From Sphingobacteriaceae bacterium (lineage in GTDB: Bacteria; Bacteroidota; Bacteroidia; Sphingobacteriales; Sphingobacteriaceae), in NCBI GenBank assembly GCA_947479815.1, contig CANKAT010000002.1:4291-68290 (forward strand): a stretch of DNA of 64,000 nucleotides, read 5' to 3'. The notes under the pieces are model-generated. The model searched no databases. It saw only the letters and a program-made list of their open reading frames with translations, and was not told the DNA's origin. Shown piece after piece: positions 33,328 to 44,249 of this stretch (the stretch's first letter is position 1; each line of letters opens with the position of its first letter). A program made the position numbers and the translations under genes.

Positions 33328-34611
33328 ATGAACATTATCATAATAGGAAACGGCATTACCGGTATTACCTGCGCCCGAAATATACGCAAGAAAAATTCTG
33401 ATGCCACAATTACAGTAATTTCTGAAGAGAGCAAACATTTCTATTCTCGTACAGCCCTCATGTACATTTATATGGGTCATATGAAGTATGAAAATACAAA
33501 GCCCTATGAAGATTGGTTCTGGAGCAAGAACAGAATAAATCTTATTCAAGCAACTGTTAATCACTTAAACACAGAAGATAAATCTATACAATTAGATGAT
33601 GAGAGAATCTTAAATTATGATAAACTAGTTTTAGCAACCGGTTCAATTTCCAATAAGTTTGGATTTCCAGGAGAAGATTTAAATGGTGTTCAGGCACTTT
33701 ACAATCTTCAGGATCTGCAAAAAATGGAGAAAAATACCAGCAACATCTCTTCAGCAGTTATTGTTGGCGGAGGCTTAATTGGTGTAGAAATGGCTGAAAT
33801 GCTTCATAGCCGCAATATTTCTGTCACTATGTTAATACGAGAAAATGCCTATTGGGCAAACGCATTACCACAGGAAGAAGCACAATTGATTGGGAATCAC
33901 CTCCAAAAGCATGGCATAAAACTAAAATTCAATACAGAACTCAAAGAAATACGAACTATTGATCAGCTTAGTGTACATAGTATTGTAACCCAACAAGACG
34001 AAACTATTTATTGCCAATTCTTAGGAATAACTACAGGAGTGAAACCCAATATTAACTTCCTTAAAAATAGTGGCATAGATATAGAAAAAGGAATAGTAGT
34101 CAATGAATTTTTAGAAACCAATATCCCAGACATTTTTGCTGCAGGCGACTGTGCTCAGTTTCGTTTTATAAAAACCGGAGAAGCCCCAATTGAACAGTTA
34201 TGGTATACCGGTAAAATGCAGGGTGAAACATTAGCCAATACAATATGTGGCAATAAAACAACTTATGATCGTGGAATTTGGTTCAACTCGGCAAAATTCT
34301 TTGATCTTGAATTTCAAACTTATGGAAAAGTTCTGCCTGAAATTACCCATGAACAAGAGAGCTTTTATTGGGAACATGAAAATGGTAAAATTTCATTCAG
34401 GGCCAATTATAATAGATCCGATCGAAGTATAATTGGGTTTAATTTTATAGGAATACGGTTTAGGCAAGTTATAGCTGAACACTGGATACGCGAACAAAAA
34501 CAAATAGAATATGTTATAGATAATCTTAAACAGGGTTGGTTTGATCCTGAATTTTCGGATTCCCATTATAAAAAAATAGCAAAATCATTTAACGATAACC
34601 TTATTAATTGA
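33328..34611 (+). CDS. NAD(P)/FAD-dependent oxidoreductase (rubredoxin/ferredoxin reductase-like)
   Basis: IIGNGITG, LATGS, VGGGLIGVE, FAAGDCA. Confidence 0.88.
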   Translation: MNIIIIGNGITGITCARNIRKKNSDATITVISEESKHFYSRTALMYIYMGHMKYENTKPYEDWFWSKNRINLIQATVNHLNTEDKSIQLDDERILNYDKLVLATGSISNKFGFPGEDLNGVQALYNLQDLQKMEKNTSNISSAVIVGGGLIGVEMAEMLHSRNISVTMLIRENAYWANALPQEEAQLIGNHLQKHGIKLKFNTELKEIRTIDQLSVHSIVTQQDETIYCQFLGITTGVKPNINFLKNSGIDIEKGIVVNEFLETNIPDIFAAGDCAQFRFIKTGEAPIEQLWYTGKMQGETLANTICGNKTTYDRGIWFNSAKFFDLEFQTYGKVLPEITHEQESFYWEHENGKISFRANYNRSDRSIIGFNFIGIRFRQVIAEHWIREQKQIEYVIDNLKQGWFDPEFSDSHYKKIAKSFNDNLIN

Positions 34612-34630
34612 TCATTTTTTAAATTAAAAA

Positions 34631-35941
34631 ATGCAAGACCATTCCTTATCACTAGCAAAGCCCTCAGAGGGCCTTCTTTCACAAAAGATAGGAGCCAGCC
34701 TTATTGCGGCTGCAATACTTTGTGCAATAATAGCTGCATTTGGTCAGGGTGAAACTCAGTCTGTACTCTTTTTTGGATTAATAATAGTCTTCAGTGTTGC
34801 TGGAGGAATGATTTTTTCAATACCCTATTTTAAAGAAATACCGGGAATAAAGAACAATGGCATTATGCATAGTCCAGCAACAAATCGGGGTGGAATAGCA
34901 TGGGGAATTGGTATTTTGATGACCGGGTTTTACATCATTCTATATTGGTTTCCCAATTATTTGGAAGGCTTGATCAGGGCCATGGACCCATTGAGCATTA
35001 TCCTTAGAAATAAGGCATCTGACCAGTGGTTTTTATATGGCACATTGTATACCCTTGCTGTCATCATTATGGGCATTCGTTTTATAGGTAAGTACAGATC
35101 CAATAGATATCAGGTATTGAGAACACTATCAGTTATGTTTTTTCAACTTGGATTTGCATTCTTAATACCTGCATTTTTATTAAAATTGAATCAACCTGAA
35201 TTCTACTTTTCTTATTTCTGGCCGTTAAAATATTCTTATTTATTTCCAAATGACATCGATTATCTAATTCAGTCAGGAAATATTGGTGTTTTTATGGTTT
35301 TCTGGGGGCTTGTTATGACATTTATTGCCACTCCAATTTTAACCTATAATTATGGCAAACGCTGGTATTGCTCTTGGGTGTGTGGTTGTGGTGCCTTAGC
35401 AGAAACATTAGGTGATCCTTACAGACAAAATTCAAACAAATCACTCCAAGCATGGAAAGTAGAACGCTGGATGGTCCATTCTGTACTGGTTTTCGTTGTA
35501 TTAACTACAGCTTTGTTATGGTTAAATTCATGGAAGAATGGCACTATACTTGGTGATGCATCCGGATTGTTTTCACAATGTTATGGATTTCTGATAGGCT
35601 CAGTATTTTCTGGTGTGATTGGAACAGGATTTTATCCAATTATGGGATCAAGAATTTGGTGTCGTTTTGGTTGCCCAATGGCAGCAATTCTAGGATTATT
35701 TCAACGATTCAAATCAAAATTTAGGATTACAACAAATGGGGGTCAGTGTATTTCATGTGGTAATTGCTCAACTTACTGTGAAATGGGAATTGATGTAAGA
35801 GCATACGCTCAAAAAGGGGAAAATATAATACGCGCTTCATGCGTAGGATGTGGAATATGCTCAGCTGTATGCCCTAGGGGCGTTCTTAATCTCGAAAATT
35901 TGGCTGAAGAAGGAAGATTTGAGTCATATAAGCGACAGTAA
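34631..35941 (+). CDS. Membrane polyferredoxin (NapH/MauN-like 4Fe-4S binding protein)
   Basis: About 8 TM segments; YCSWVCGCG, WCRFGCP; two CxxCxxCxxxC (CISCGNCSTYC, CVGCGICSAVCP). Confidence 0.86.
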   Translation: MQDHSLSLAKPSEGLLSQKIGASLIAAAILCAIIAAFGQGETQSVLFFGLIIVFSVAGGMIFSIPYFKEIPGIKNNGIMHSPATNRGGIAWGIGILMTGFYIILYWFPNYLEGLIRAMDPLSIILRNKASDQWFLYGTLYTLAVIIMGIRFIGKYRSNRYQVLRTLSVMFFQLGFAFLIPAFLLKLNQPEFYFSYFWPLKYSYLFPNDIDYLIQSGNIGVFMVFWGLVMTFIATPILTYNYGKRWYCSWVCGCGALAETLGDPYRQNSNKSLQAWKVERWMVHSVLVFVVLTTALLWLNSWKNGTILGDASGLFSQCYGFLIGSVFSGVIGTGFYPIMGSRIWCRFGCPMAAILGLFQRFKSKFRITTNGGQCISCGNCSTYCEMGIDVRAYAQKGENIIRASCVGCGICSAVCPRGVLNLENLAEEGRFESYKRQ

Positions 35942-35949
35942 AATATAAA

Positions 35950-36651
35950 ATGCATTCTGACAACAAAAAACCTGCAGTTTATGTGATCATACCAGCATTC
36001 AACGAAAGCAAATCGATTGGTAAGGTTATAGCAGATATTCCTGATCTGGTCAATGAAACGATTGTTGTTAATAATGCTTCAACTGATAATACTGAAACTA
36101 TTGCAAAAGAGCAAGGCGCAACTGTTTTAAGGGAACCTAGAAAAGGCTATGGATATAGCTGCCTAAAGGGAATTGACTATCTGCAAACAAAAGTAAATCC
36201 TAACGATATTATTGTATTCTTAGATGGCGATTATTCAGACTTTCCAGACGAGATCAGCATGCTTATTGCCCCTATCCTAGAATCAGATGTTGATATGGTA
36301 ATCGGTTCAAGGGCCTTGGGAGTTCGGGAACCAGGATCTATGCTATTTCAACAAATTGCAGGAAACTGGCTGGCTACAGCACTAATAAAATTATTCTACA
36401 ATGCCCATTTTACTGACCTTGGGCCATTCAGAGCTATTCAATGGAAAGCCCTACAACAGCTAGACATGAAGGATAAAACATTTGGTTGGACAGTAGAAAT
36501 GCAGGTAAAGGCAGCAAAACACAGATTGAAATTTACAGAAGTTGCGGTAAATTACAGGCAAAGAATTGGAGTAAGTAAAGTTTCAGGAACAATCTATGGA
36601 ACGATAATGGCAGGATATAAAATAGTACTTACCATCTTTAAAAATATTTAA
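35950..36651 (+). CDS. GT2 glycosyltransferase, polyprenol-phosphate glycosyltransferase (DPM1-like)
   Basis: IIPAFNE, STD.T, GYG, FLDGD, IGSR, TDLGPFRA; soluble, 233 aa. Confidence 0.85.
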   Translation: MHSDNKKPAVYVIIPAFNESKSIGKVIADIPDLVNETIVVNNASTDNTETIAKEQGATVLREPRKGYGYSCLKGIDYLQTKVNPNDIIVFLDGDYSDFPDEISMLIAPILESDVDMVIGSRALGVREPGSMLFQQIAGNWLATALIKLFYNAHFTDLGPFRAIQWKALQQLDMKDKTFGWTVEMQVKAAKHRLKFTEVAVNYRQRIGVSKVSGTIYGTIMAGYKIVLTIFKNI

Positions 36652-36670
36652 TCCAAGATTCAAATCACTT

Positions 36671-38143
36671 ATGTTAGCGCTTGGCATCATCATAATTTAC
36701 AGTTTTTTCTTCTTCTTTATCATCCTGTTTAGTCTTGGACAGTTAGCGCTACTCATCACTTTTTTAATCCACAGAAATAAGGTAAATCATAAAATTACAC
36801 TACACTCCTATCCGAATATTACCATACAGTTACCGATCTATAACGAACGATTTGTTGTAGAAAGACTCCTGGATTCAATTTCAAATTTAAACTACCCTAA
36901 AAAAAAAATAGAAATACAAGTTCTTGATGATTCTGATGATGACACTAGTATACTAGTAGAACAAAAAATTAAAAAGTTAATTGCTTTGGGTTTTAAAATA
37001 ACTCAAATTAAACGTGAAAATAGGATAGGATTTAAGGCTGGCGCTCTACAAAATGGCTTGATTAAGGCATCGAATGAATTCATTGTCATTTTCGATGCCG
37101 ACTTTGTTCCAGAGCCGGATTTTTTAATCAATACTCTTCCCTATTTCAGTAATGATACTATTGGAATGGTGCAAACCAGATGGGGACATATCAATCCAAG
37201 GGAATCATGGCTTACAAGAGCCCAAGAAATAGGATTAAACAGCCACTTTATTATTGATCAGGATGGACGAGCTAAAGGTGGCTTTTTCATAAGCTTTAAT
37301 GGCACTGCCGGAATTTGGAGAAAAGCCTGCATTGAAGATGCCGGAGGTTGGGAAGCTGACACACTCACTGAAGATCTTGATTTAAGTTATCGAGCGCAAA
37401 TGAAGGGTTGGAAGTTTAAATATTGCCCTGAAATAATTTCACCCGCTGAGCTACCGAATTTATTAAGTGCCGTAAGATCACAACAATTTCGATGGATCAA
37501 AGGAGGAGTAGAAACATCCAAAAAACTAATAGCCAGATTATGGCATTGTGATCTGCCAATCTCCATTAAATTATTTGGAAGCCTACAGCTGCTGAATAAT
37601 TATATCTATGCATTTATACTTTTAACAGGTCTGTTTAGTGTTCCCTTAATGTTATTGAAAAATAAATCTATGGAGTTTGATCACTTCTTTAACTGGAGTG
37701 GTATGCTAATCATTGTATTGATTATTAATTTTTTTTACTGCTTTACAGCAATTTTAATCGACAAAAAAAATATCATTATAGCTATCAAAGAGATCCTGAG
37801 TGCATTCCCAATAGCTATAATCGTATCCATGGGAATGTCTTATCACAATAGTATTGCAGTATTAAAGGGAATTCAAGGTCAAAAAACTGCATTTATTAGA
37901 ACCCCAAAATTTAGCGCATCAAAGAGAGAAAATGCCTACTTAAAAAGTCAGAAAATCAGGCAATATTTACCTGAATTTCTACTATTTATCTATTTTCTAC
38001 TAGCCGCTGTTGCCGAATTATATTTTAAAGATTTCGGATTTCTAATCTATCATTTATTAATGCTATCCGGTTTTGGCTTTATACTTTATTGTGCTTTTGA
38101 AGAAAATTTAGGTCAAAAACATATCAAAGAGATATCGCATTAA
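36671..38143 (+). CDS. Membrane GT2 of cellulose-synthase/CslA type
   Basis: QLPIYNE, DDSDD, GFKAGAL, FDADF, TEDLDL, QQFRW (D,D,D,QxxRW); N- and C-terminal TM helices. Confidence 0.88.
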   Translation: MLALGIIIIYSFFFFFIILFSLGQLALLITFLIHRNKVNHKITLHSYPNITIQLPIYNERFVVERLLDSISNLNYPKKKIEIQVLDDSDDDTSILVEQKIKKLIALGFKITQIKRENRIGFKAGALQNGLIKASNEFIVIFDADFVPEPDFLINTLPYFSNDTIGMVQTRWGHINPRESWLTRAQEIGLNSHFIIDQDGRAKGGFFISFNGTAGIWRKACIEDAGGWEADTLTEDLDLSYRAQMKGWKFKYCPEIISPAELPNLLSAVRSQQFRWIKGGVETSKKLIARLWHCDLPISIKLFGSLQLLNNYIYAFILLTGLFSVPLMLLKNKSMEFDHFFNWSGMLIIVLIINFFYCFTAILIDKKNIIIAIKEILSAFPIAIIVSMGMSYHNSIAVLKGIQGQKTAFIRTPKFSASKRENAYLKSQKIRQYLPEFLLFIYFLLAAVAELYFKDFGFLIYHLLMLSGFGFILYCAFEENLGQKHIKEISH

Positions 38144-39485
38144 TAATATCATATTGAGTAATGATTTCGATATTGCCATTTTGATCTTCAACTAAAACCG
38201 CCATATTTTCCTTATTAATTATGGCTGTAATCTTATCAATAGTTGTATTCAGATCTACAAAAGGGAAAGACGAAGTCATGATATCCTTAACACTACCAGA
38301 GCGAAGTGATGGATTTTCTAATACTGAATTCAATATATCACTCTCGGTTATTTTGCCCACAACCATTCCCTTCTGAGTAACTGGAATCTGCGAAATATTC
38401 AATGATTTTATGGTATTGATTGCCTGCAAAACTGACTGTTCACAATCAATGGTTACAATTTCTTGCCTGCCTCGTTTTGCTAAAATTGATTTAGCAGTTA
38501 GTTTCTCATCAGCCAGAAAACCACGCTCCCTTAGCCAATCTTCATTATACATTTTGCCCATGTATCTAGAACCATGGTCATGAAAAATGATGACAACTAC
38601 ATCATCTTCCTTGAGTTCATCCTTCAACTGCATCAATCCGGCAAGTGCCGATCCTGCAGAGTTACCAGCAAATATCCCCTCTTTTCTGGCAATATCACGG
38701 GTCATCAATGCCGCATCTTTATCTGTTACCTTCTCGAATCGATCTATTATATTAAAATCAACATTTTTAGGCAGAAAGTCTTCTCCTATTCCTTCTGTAA
38801 TGTACGGATAGATCTCATTTTTGTCCATAATGCCCGTTTCCTTATACTTTTTAAAGACAGAGCCGTAGGTATCAATTCCCCATATTTTAATGTCAGGGTT
38901 TTGTTCTTTAAGGTATTTACCAGTACCTGAGATAGTTCCACCGGTACCTACCCCAACTACCAAATGGGTAATTTTACCTTCAGTTTGTTTCCAAATTTCA
39001 GGACCAGTCTGCTCATAATGAGCTAGAGAGTTTGACAGATTATCATATTGATTTGGTTTCCAGGAATTTGGGACTTCACGCTCCAGCCGGGAGGAAACAG
39101 AATAATACGATCTCGGATCTTCAGGATCAACATTTGTAGGACATACAATAACCTCTGCGCCAAAAGCTCGTAAAGCATCCACTTTTTCTTTGGATTGCTT
39201 ATCTGTTGTAGTAAAAATACACTTATACCCTTTGATTATTGCTGCCATTGCCAAACCCATTCCTGTATTTCCGGATGTACCTTCAATAATAGTACCTCCA
39301 GGTTTCAGCTTACCGCTAAGCTCTGCATCTTCAATCATTTTTACAGCCATCCTATCCTTAATTGAATTACCAGGATTAGTTGTTTCGATTTTTGCTAAAA
39401 CTGTTGCTTTAACATCTTTTGTTATGTTATTTAATTTAACCAAAGGAGTATTCCCTATGGTTTCAAGAATATTAGTATACCACAT
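38124..39485 (-). CDS. Cystathionine beta-synthase family PLP enzyme with C-terminal CBS pair
   Basis: IGNTPLV, NPGNSIKDR, TSGNTG, GVGTGGT, EGIG; CBS domains; 20-nt convergent overlap with the GT2. Confidence 0.9.
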   Translation of the reverse strand: MWYTNILETIGNTPLVKLNNITKDVKATVLAKIETTNPGNSIKDRMAVKMIEDAELSGKLKPGGTIIEGTSGNTGMGLAMAAIIKGYKCIFTTTDKQSKEKVDALRAFGAEVIVCPTNVDPEDPRSYYSVSSRLEREVPNSWKPNQYDNLSNSLAHYEQTGPEIWKQTEGKITHLVVGVGTGGTISGTGKYLKEQNPDIKIWGIDTYGSVFKKYKETGIMDKNEIYPYITEGIGEDFLPKNVDFNIIDRFEKVTDKDAALMTRDIARKEGIFAGNSAGSALAGLMQLKDELKEDDVVVIIFHDHGSRYMGKMYNEDWLRERGFLADEKLTAKSILAKRGRQEIVTIDCEQSVLQAINTIKSLNISQIPVTQKGMVVGKITESDILNSVLENPSLRSGSVKDIMTSSFPFVDLNTTIDKITAIINKENMAVLVEDQNGNIEIITQYDIINAISL

Positions 39486-39489
39486 AATG

Positions 39490-39497
39490 CAAAAATA
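39490..39497 (-). promoter_or_regulatory. -7 element TATTTTTG, probably leaderless
   Basis: Exact consensus 4 nt before the ATG. Confidence 0.6.
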
Positions 39498-39690
39498 CGG
39501 ATTAAAGCGCGAAACAATAGATTAAATGCTAAAAGCGAAAGAAATACAATTATTATATTGCATCTACCCAATAAACAATATTATATTTTAAAAATCAAGC
39601 TTTTAACTAGTAGTTACCAATGGAAATTGGGTAAAAAATCGAGTCATTTTAAATTTTAGCAATCCTATAAAACTCAGGAAATTGTTTTCA

Positions 39691-40551
39691 TTAAAATTTC
39701 AAATGCTTTACAGTTAAGCCATTATTTTTTAATTGTTTTAATGAGTCGATACCTATTCTCAGGTGTGTCTCAACATACTGCTCAGTAACATTTGAATCGC
39801 TTTCAGCTGTTTTCACTCCCTCAGGTATCATGGGTTGGTCTGATACTAATAATAAAGCTCCTGTAGGGATTTTATTTGCAAATCCAGTTGTAAAAATTGT
39901 TGCAGTTTCCATATCAACTGCCATTGCTCGTAAGGTTTTTAGATATTTTTTAAAACTCTTATCATGTTCCCAAACCCGTCGGTTAGTCGTATACACAGTT
40001 CCAGTCCAATAATCACGAGAATGATCGCGAATGGTTGTTGAAATTGCCTTTTGTAATGCAAATGATGGCAATGCAGGAACTTCTGCAGGAAGATAATCAT
40101 TGGAAGTTCCCTCACCTCTTATCGCTGCTATTGGTAAGATTAGATCACCGATCTTATTCTTTTTTTTCAGCCCTCCGCACTTTCCCAAAAACAAAACTGC
40201 TTTTGGCTGAATAGCGGTCAATAGATCCATCATAGTTGCAGCCATTGGGCTACCCATTCCAAAGTTGATTAATGTAATGCCATTAGCCGATACACTCTGC
40301 ATAGGTTTATCTAATCCAATGATTGGCGCATTGTCATGCCATTCAGAAAACAGATTGAGGTACCTAGAAAAATTGGTTAATAGAATAAAATTACTAAACT
40401 CTGTTAAAGGCCGACCCGTATAACGTGGTAACCAGTTATCAACAATATCCGACTTGTTTTTAAGTCCTGTTTTAACAGGAGTTTCAACTTCATTGGTCTT
40501 CTTTACTGATTCTGTTACATCAACTTTAGTTTCTTGTTTTTTATTCATCAT
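39691..40551 (-). CDS. amn: AMP nucleosidase (Bacteroidota short type)
   Basis: WLPRYTG, LLTNF, NFGMGS, FLGKCGGL, IRGEGTS, DMETAT, VSDQP. Confidence 0.9.
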   Translation of the reverse strand: MMNKKQETKVDVTESVKKTNEVETPVKTGLKNKSDIVDNWLPRYTGRPLTEFSNFILLTNFSRYLNLFSEWHDNAPIIGLDKPMQSVSANGITLINFGMGSPMAATMMDLLTAIQPKAVLFLGKCGGLKKKNKIGDLILPIAAIRGEGTSNDYLPAEVPALPSFALQKAISTTIRDHSRDYWTGTVYTTNRRVWEHDKSFKKYLKTLRAMAVDMETATIFTTGFANKIPTGALLLVSDQPMIPEGVKTAESDSNVTEQYVETHLRIGIDSLKQLKNNGLTVKHLKF

Positions 40552-40568
40552 TCAATTTTTTAGCTTAC

Positions 40569-40591
40569 AAAAAACCCCGATTCAATCGGGG
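40569..40591 (-). terminator. Intrinsic terminator after clpX
   Basis: Minus strand reads CCCCGATTGAATCGGGG-TTTTTT. Confidence 0.75.
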
Positions 40592-40596
40592 CTCAT

Positions 40597-41835
40597 TTAT
40601 GCAACTTTAAGTTTTTTCAGATCAGATTTTTCAAATTTATCTTTGGCATAATCCAGTGTGATATACAACTCTTTTCCTATTTTACCAGAGGGTGTTTCAT
40701 ACATTGCATCGATCATAATTGCTTCACAAATAGACCTTAAGCCTCTAGCTCCAAGCTTAAATTCCATTGCTTTATCTACAATGAATTCCATTACATCTTT
40801 TTCAAAATCAAGATTCACATGCTCGTATTCAAACAACTTTTTATATTGCTTGATTAAAGAATTCCTTGGCTCAGTTAAAATACTTAATAAAGTATCCCTA
40901 TCCAATGGATTCAAGTGAGTAATAACCGGAAGCCTACCAATTAATTCAGGAATAAGCCCAAATGACTTCAGATCCTGGGGAGTAATGTATTTATATAGGT
41001 TCTTGAGGTCAATAGTAAACTCATCTTTTTCAACCTTATATCCAACTGTTTGAGTTCGAAGCCTGTTTGCGATCTTCTTCTCAATCCCATCAAATGCCCC
41101 TCCGCAAATAAAAAGTATATTATTAGTGTTCACAGCGATCATTTTCTGATCCGGATGTTTTCTTCCTCCCTGCGGTGGAACATTAACTATAGTTCCTTCT
41201 AATATCTTCAACAAAGCCTGCTGAACTCCTTCACCTGATACATCCCGGGTTATCGAAGGATTATCACTTTTTCGGGCAATCTTATCTACCTCATCGATAT
41301 ATACAATTCCACGTTCAGCAGCAGTGACATCGTAATCTGCAGCCTGCAGTAAACGCGTTAAAATGCTTTCTACATCCTCTCCTACATATCCTGCCTCAGT
41401 TAATACGGTTGCATCACAGATACAGAAAGGTACATTTAATACTTTGGCAATTGTTTTGGCAAGTAAGGTTTTTCCTGTTCCGGTTTCGCCAACCATAATG
41501 ATATTTGACTTCTCAATTTCAACCTCATCCTTGCCAATTTTTTGGTTCAAACGTTTGTAGTGATTATAAACTGCTACAGCAAGTATTTTTTTTGCTTGGT
41601 CTTGTCCAATAACATATTGGTCAAGATGCGTCTTGATCTCTATCGGCTTTAAAAGTGTTTCAAAAGTTTGAGTAGATTTAGTTTTACGGACATTAAGTTC
41701 TTCAGCCAATATCTGATTAGCCTGAGTAACACATTTATCACAAATGTGAGCATCAAGACCCGCAATCAGCATGAGCGTATCCTGCTTGCCGGAGCCGCAG
41801 AATGAACATTTAACATCTTTATTTACTTTACTCAT
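40597..41835 (-). CDS. clpX: ATP-dependent Clp protease ATP-binding subunit
   Basis: C4 zinc finger CSFC...[33 protein letters not shown] loop. Confidence 0.97.
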   Translation of the reverse strand: MSKVNKDVKCSFCGSGKQDTLMLIAGLDAHICDKCVTQANQILAEELNVRKTKSTQTFETLLKPIEIKTHLDQYVIGQDQAKKILAVAVYNHYKRLNQKIGKDEVEIEKSNIIMVGETGTGKTLLAKTIAKVLNVPFCICDATVLTEAGYVGEDVESILTRLLQAADYDVTAAERGIVYIDEVDKIARKSDNPSITRDVSGEGVQQALLKILEGTIVNVPPQGGRKHPDQKMIAVNTNNILFICGGAFDGIEKKIANRLRTQTVGYKVEKDEFTIDLKNLYKYITPQDLKSFGLIPELIGRLPVITHLNPLDRDTLLSILTEPRNSLIKQYKKLFEYEHVNLDFEKDVMEFIVDKAMEFKLGARGLRSICEAIMIDAMYETPSGKIGKELYITLDYAKDKFEKSDLKKLKVA

Positions 41836-41837
41836 GC

Positions 41838-42536
41838 TTATTTGTCTCCGGTTCCAACTAATACTTCATCAATCATACCAAACTCTTTTGCTTCATTTGC
41901 AATCATCCAGTAATCGCGGTCAGATGCTTTTTCAACCCAGTCATAAGTTTGTCCAGAATGTTTGGCTATGATATCGTAAAGTTCTTTTTTAAGTTTTAAC
42001 ATCTCACGAAGGTTGATCTCCATATCTGATGCAACTCCCTGAGCACCACCAGAAGGCTGGTGAATCATTACTCTTGAATGAGGCAATGCCGCTCTTTTAC
42101 CTTTGGTTCCTGCGCAAAGCAATACAGCAGCCATTGAGGCTGCCATACCTGTACAGATAGTAGCAACATCTGGTGTAATGTATTGCATCGTATCATAGAT
42201 ACCTAAACCAGCATATACAGAACCACCGGGAGAATTAATATAAATCTGAATATCTCTTTTAGCATCAGTTGATTGTAGGAACAATAACTGTGCTTGAATG
42301 ATATTTGCAATTCCTTCATGAACAGCATCACCTAAAAAGATAATCCTATCCATCATTAAACGTGAAAACACATCCATTTGCGCTACGTTCAATTGACGCT
42401 CCTCAATAATGTAAGGTGTCATTGCAGTAGGTATGGAAGCATTTTGAACCCTACCTATAAAACTATCTACATGGTGGCCACCAATGCGATGATGTTTTAC
42501 CGCATATTTTCTGAATTCGTTCTTATCAATGTTCAT
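41838..42536 (-). CDS. clpP: ATP-dependent Clp protease proteolytic subunit
   Basis: YINSPGG, AASMAA (Ser), IHQP (His), RDYW (Asp). Confidence 0.97.
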   Translation of the reverse strand: MNIDKNEFRKYAVKHHRIGGHHVDSFIGRVQNASIPTAMTPYIIEERQLNVAQMDVFSRLMMDRIIFLGDAVHEGIANIIQAQLLFLQSTDAKRDIQIYINSPGGSVYAGLGIYDTMQYITPDVATICTGMAASMAAVLLCAGTKGKRAALPHSRVMIHQPSGGAQGVASDMEINLREMLKLKKELYDIIAKHSGQTYDWVEKASDRDYWMIANEAKEFGMIDEVLVGTGDK

Positions 42537-42629
42537 TTTGAAATATTCTAATTATAATTTAACATTTATTTTTTATGTTGTAAATCAATGATCAAAATAA
42601 ATGGAATTAATAAGTCCAAAAATCATTAT

Positions 42630-43976
42630 TTACTTCAAATCAAGGAATTTATCATATTGAATATCCTTTTTGTCTAAGGTAATAACACCTTTGAGATATT
42701 CAAATACATGCTGAGCTTTTACCTCTTCAAATATCCTGTTTGCATTTTCTTTATTCTGCAAAAACTGTGCTGTATATTGTCCAAGTTGTTCTTCAGAAAG
42801 TGGCTGCGGACTATACATACGGAACTGAGAATCTAAACGATTTTTAGCAGCCGCAAAAACTTCTTCATACTTGATCTCCAGTTTATTTTCCTTGATGATT
42901 TTATTTTCAATTAATGTCCAGCGCAAGTTACGAGCAAAATCATCATAACCTTGTGCCAATTCCTCATCACTTAGTTTTTCATTAGTTGCTTTTAGCCAAC
43001 GTCTTAAAAATTCATCAGGAAGACTAAGTTTAGCTTTTTCTAAACCAAACTGAAGCATATCTGCCTGAAGCTTCTGGTCAGCATTTTGAACCATCATGCT
43101 TTCAAGCTCTTCTTTGATTTTTTCTTTAAACTCTTTTTCAGTTTTAACTATATCAGCACCAAATATCTTATCAAAGAACTCCTGATTTAAATCTCCTTCT
43201 TCTAGACGATTAATATTTTGAACCGTTAACTGAAATTTAGATTTAAGGTCTTGAGCATCTTCTTCAGAAATATTTAACACCTTGGCAATAATTGTAGCGT
43301 TGCCATCAAATGCTTTCTGAAGATCTACACTCACAACTGCTTCTTTCTTTAATCCAATCAGTGACTTTTTGATCTTAGTATCACTTACCTGATCCAAACG
43401 AACAGATGCAGTAGCACTTATTCCACCTTCAAAAACAGAACCATCTGCAGAAAGCTGCTTTAAATCTGCATATAAAACATCATCATCTGCCGATACGTCA
43501 GGATTTGACATTTTGCCATAGCTTTTTCTTAAGTTCGTGATACGAGATGCTAGAGTTCCAGGATCTACTTTCACCTGATAATAGGTTAATTTGTCTTTTG
43601 ATGTAAATTCAAGTTCAAATTCAGGTGCTAAGCCAAGTTCGTAAACAAACTCAAAATCATCAGTGAAATCCCAATTAAACTCCTTGCTATCATCAATCTT
43701 AGGTAAGGGCTGACCAAGAACTTCAAGTTTATTATCAGTTATATAATTACTTAATGCATCATTCAGAATAGTGTTGACTTCATCAACTAAGATACTCTTA
43801 CCATACATTTTTTTGATATGTGCAGCAGGAACCATTCCGGGACGAAATCCAGGTAATTTTGCTTTTTTTGCTTGGGCTTTGATCGCCTTTTCTACACGCT
43901 CTTTGTAATCTTCAGGATTAATCTTAACAGTTAGTACTGAATTCAGATTGTCTATTTTGTCCTGTTTAATGTTCAT
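42630..43976 (-). CDS. tig: Trigger factor
   Basis: Ribosome-binding GFRPGMVP; synteny with clpP-clpX; start MNIKQ at 43976. Confidence 0.93.
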   Translation of the reverse strand: MNIKQDKIDNLNSVLTVKINPEDYKERVEKAIKAQAKKAKLPGFRPGMVPAAHIKKMYGKSILVDEVNTILNDALSNYITDNKLEVLGQPLPKIDDSKEFNWDFTDDFEFVYELGLAPEFELEFTSKDKLTYYQVKVDPGTLASRITNLRKSYGKMSNPDVSADDDVLYADLKQLSADGSVFEGGISATASVRLDQVSDTKIKKSLIGLKKEAVVSVDLQKAFDGNATIIAKVLNISEEDAQDLKSKFQLTVQNINRLEEGDLNQEFFDKIFGADIVKTEKEFKEKIKEELESMMVQNADQKLQADMLQFGLEKAKLSLPDEFLRRWLKATNEKLSDEELAQGYDDFARNLRWTLIENKIIKENKLEIKYEEVFAAAKNRLDSQFRMYSPQPLSEEQLGQYTAQFLQNKENANRIFEEVKAQHVFEYLKGVITLDKKDIQYDKFLDLK

Positions 43977-44007
43977 TGTCTGAGTTTTATGTCGTTTTAG
44001 TTTATAC

Positions 44008-44037
44008 AAAAATTCCCCGGTTTGTAGCCGGGGAATT
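44008..44037 (-). terminator. Hairpin/terminator between tRNA-Leu and tig
   Basis: Minus strand reads AATTCCCCGGCTACAAACCGGGGAATTTTT. Confidence 0.65.
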
Positions 44038-44043
44038 AATCAG

Positions 44044-44125
44044 TGCGGATGAAGGGACTCGAACCCCCACGCCGTGAAGCGCCAGATCCTAAGTCTGGTG
44101 CGGCTACCAATTACGCCACATCCGC
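44044..44125 (-). tRNA. tRNA-Leu (anticodon TAG); CCA not encoded
   Basis: GCGGATG acceptor stem, anticodon arm CCAGA-CTTAGGA-TCTGG, long variable arm, GTTCGAG T-loop. Confidence 0.96.
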
Positions 44126-44200
44126 ATTTTAGGATTAATTTGAAAATTCTAAAGATCTATGAGCTTTAACACTCAGCTTTTCTAAAGGTAATTCGGTCGG

Positions 44201-44208
44201 CAAAACTA
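44201..44208 (-). promoter_or_regulatory. -7 element TAGTTTTG for tRNA-Leu(TAG)
   Basis: Exact consensus about 75 nt upstream of the tRNA. Confidence 0.55.
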
Positions 44209-44249
44209 ACCTTTTTCTACTTAATTACAAAATCTATTATGCTTAATAT

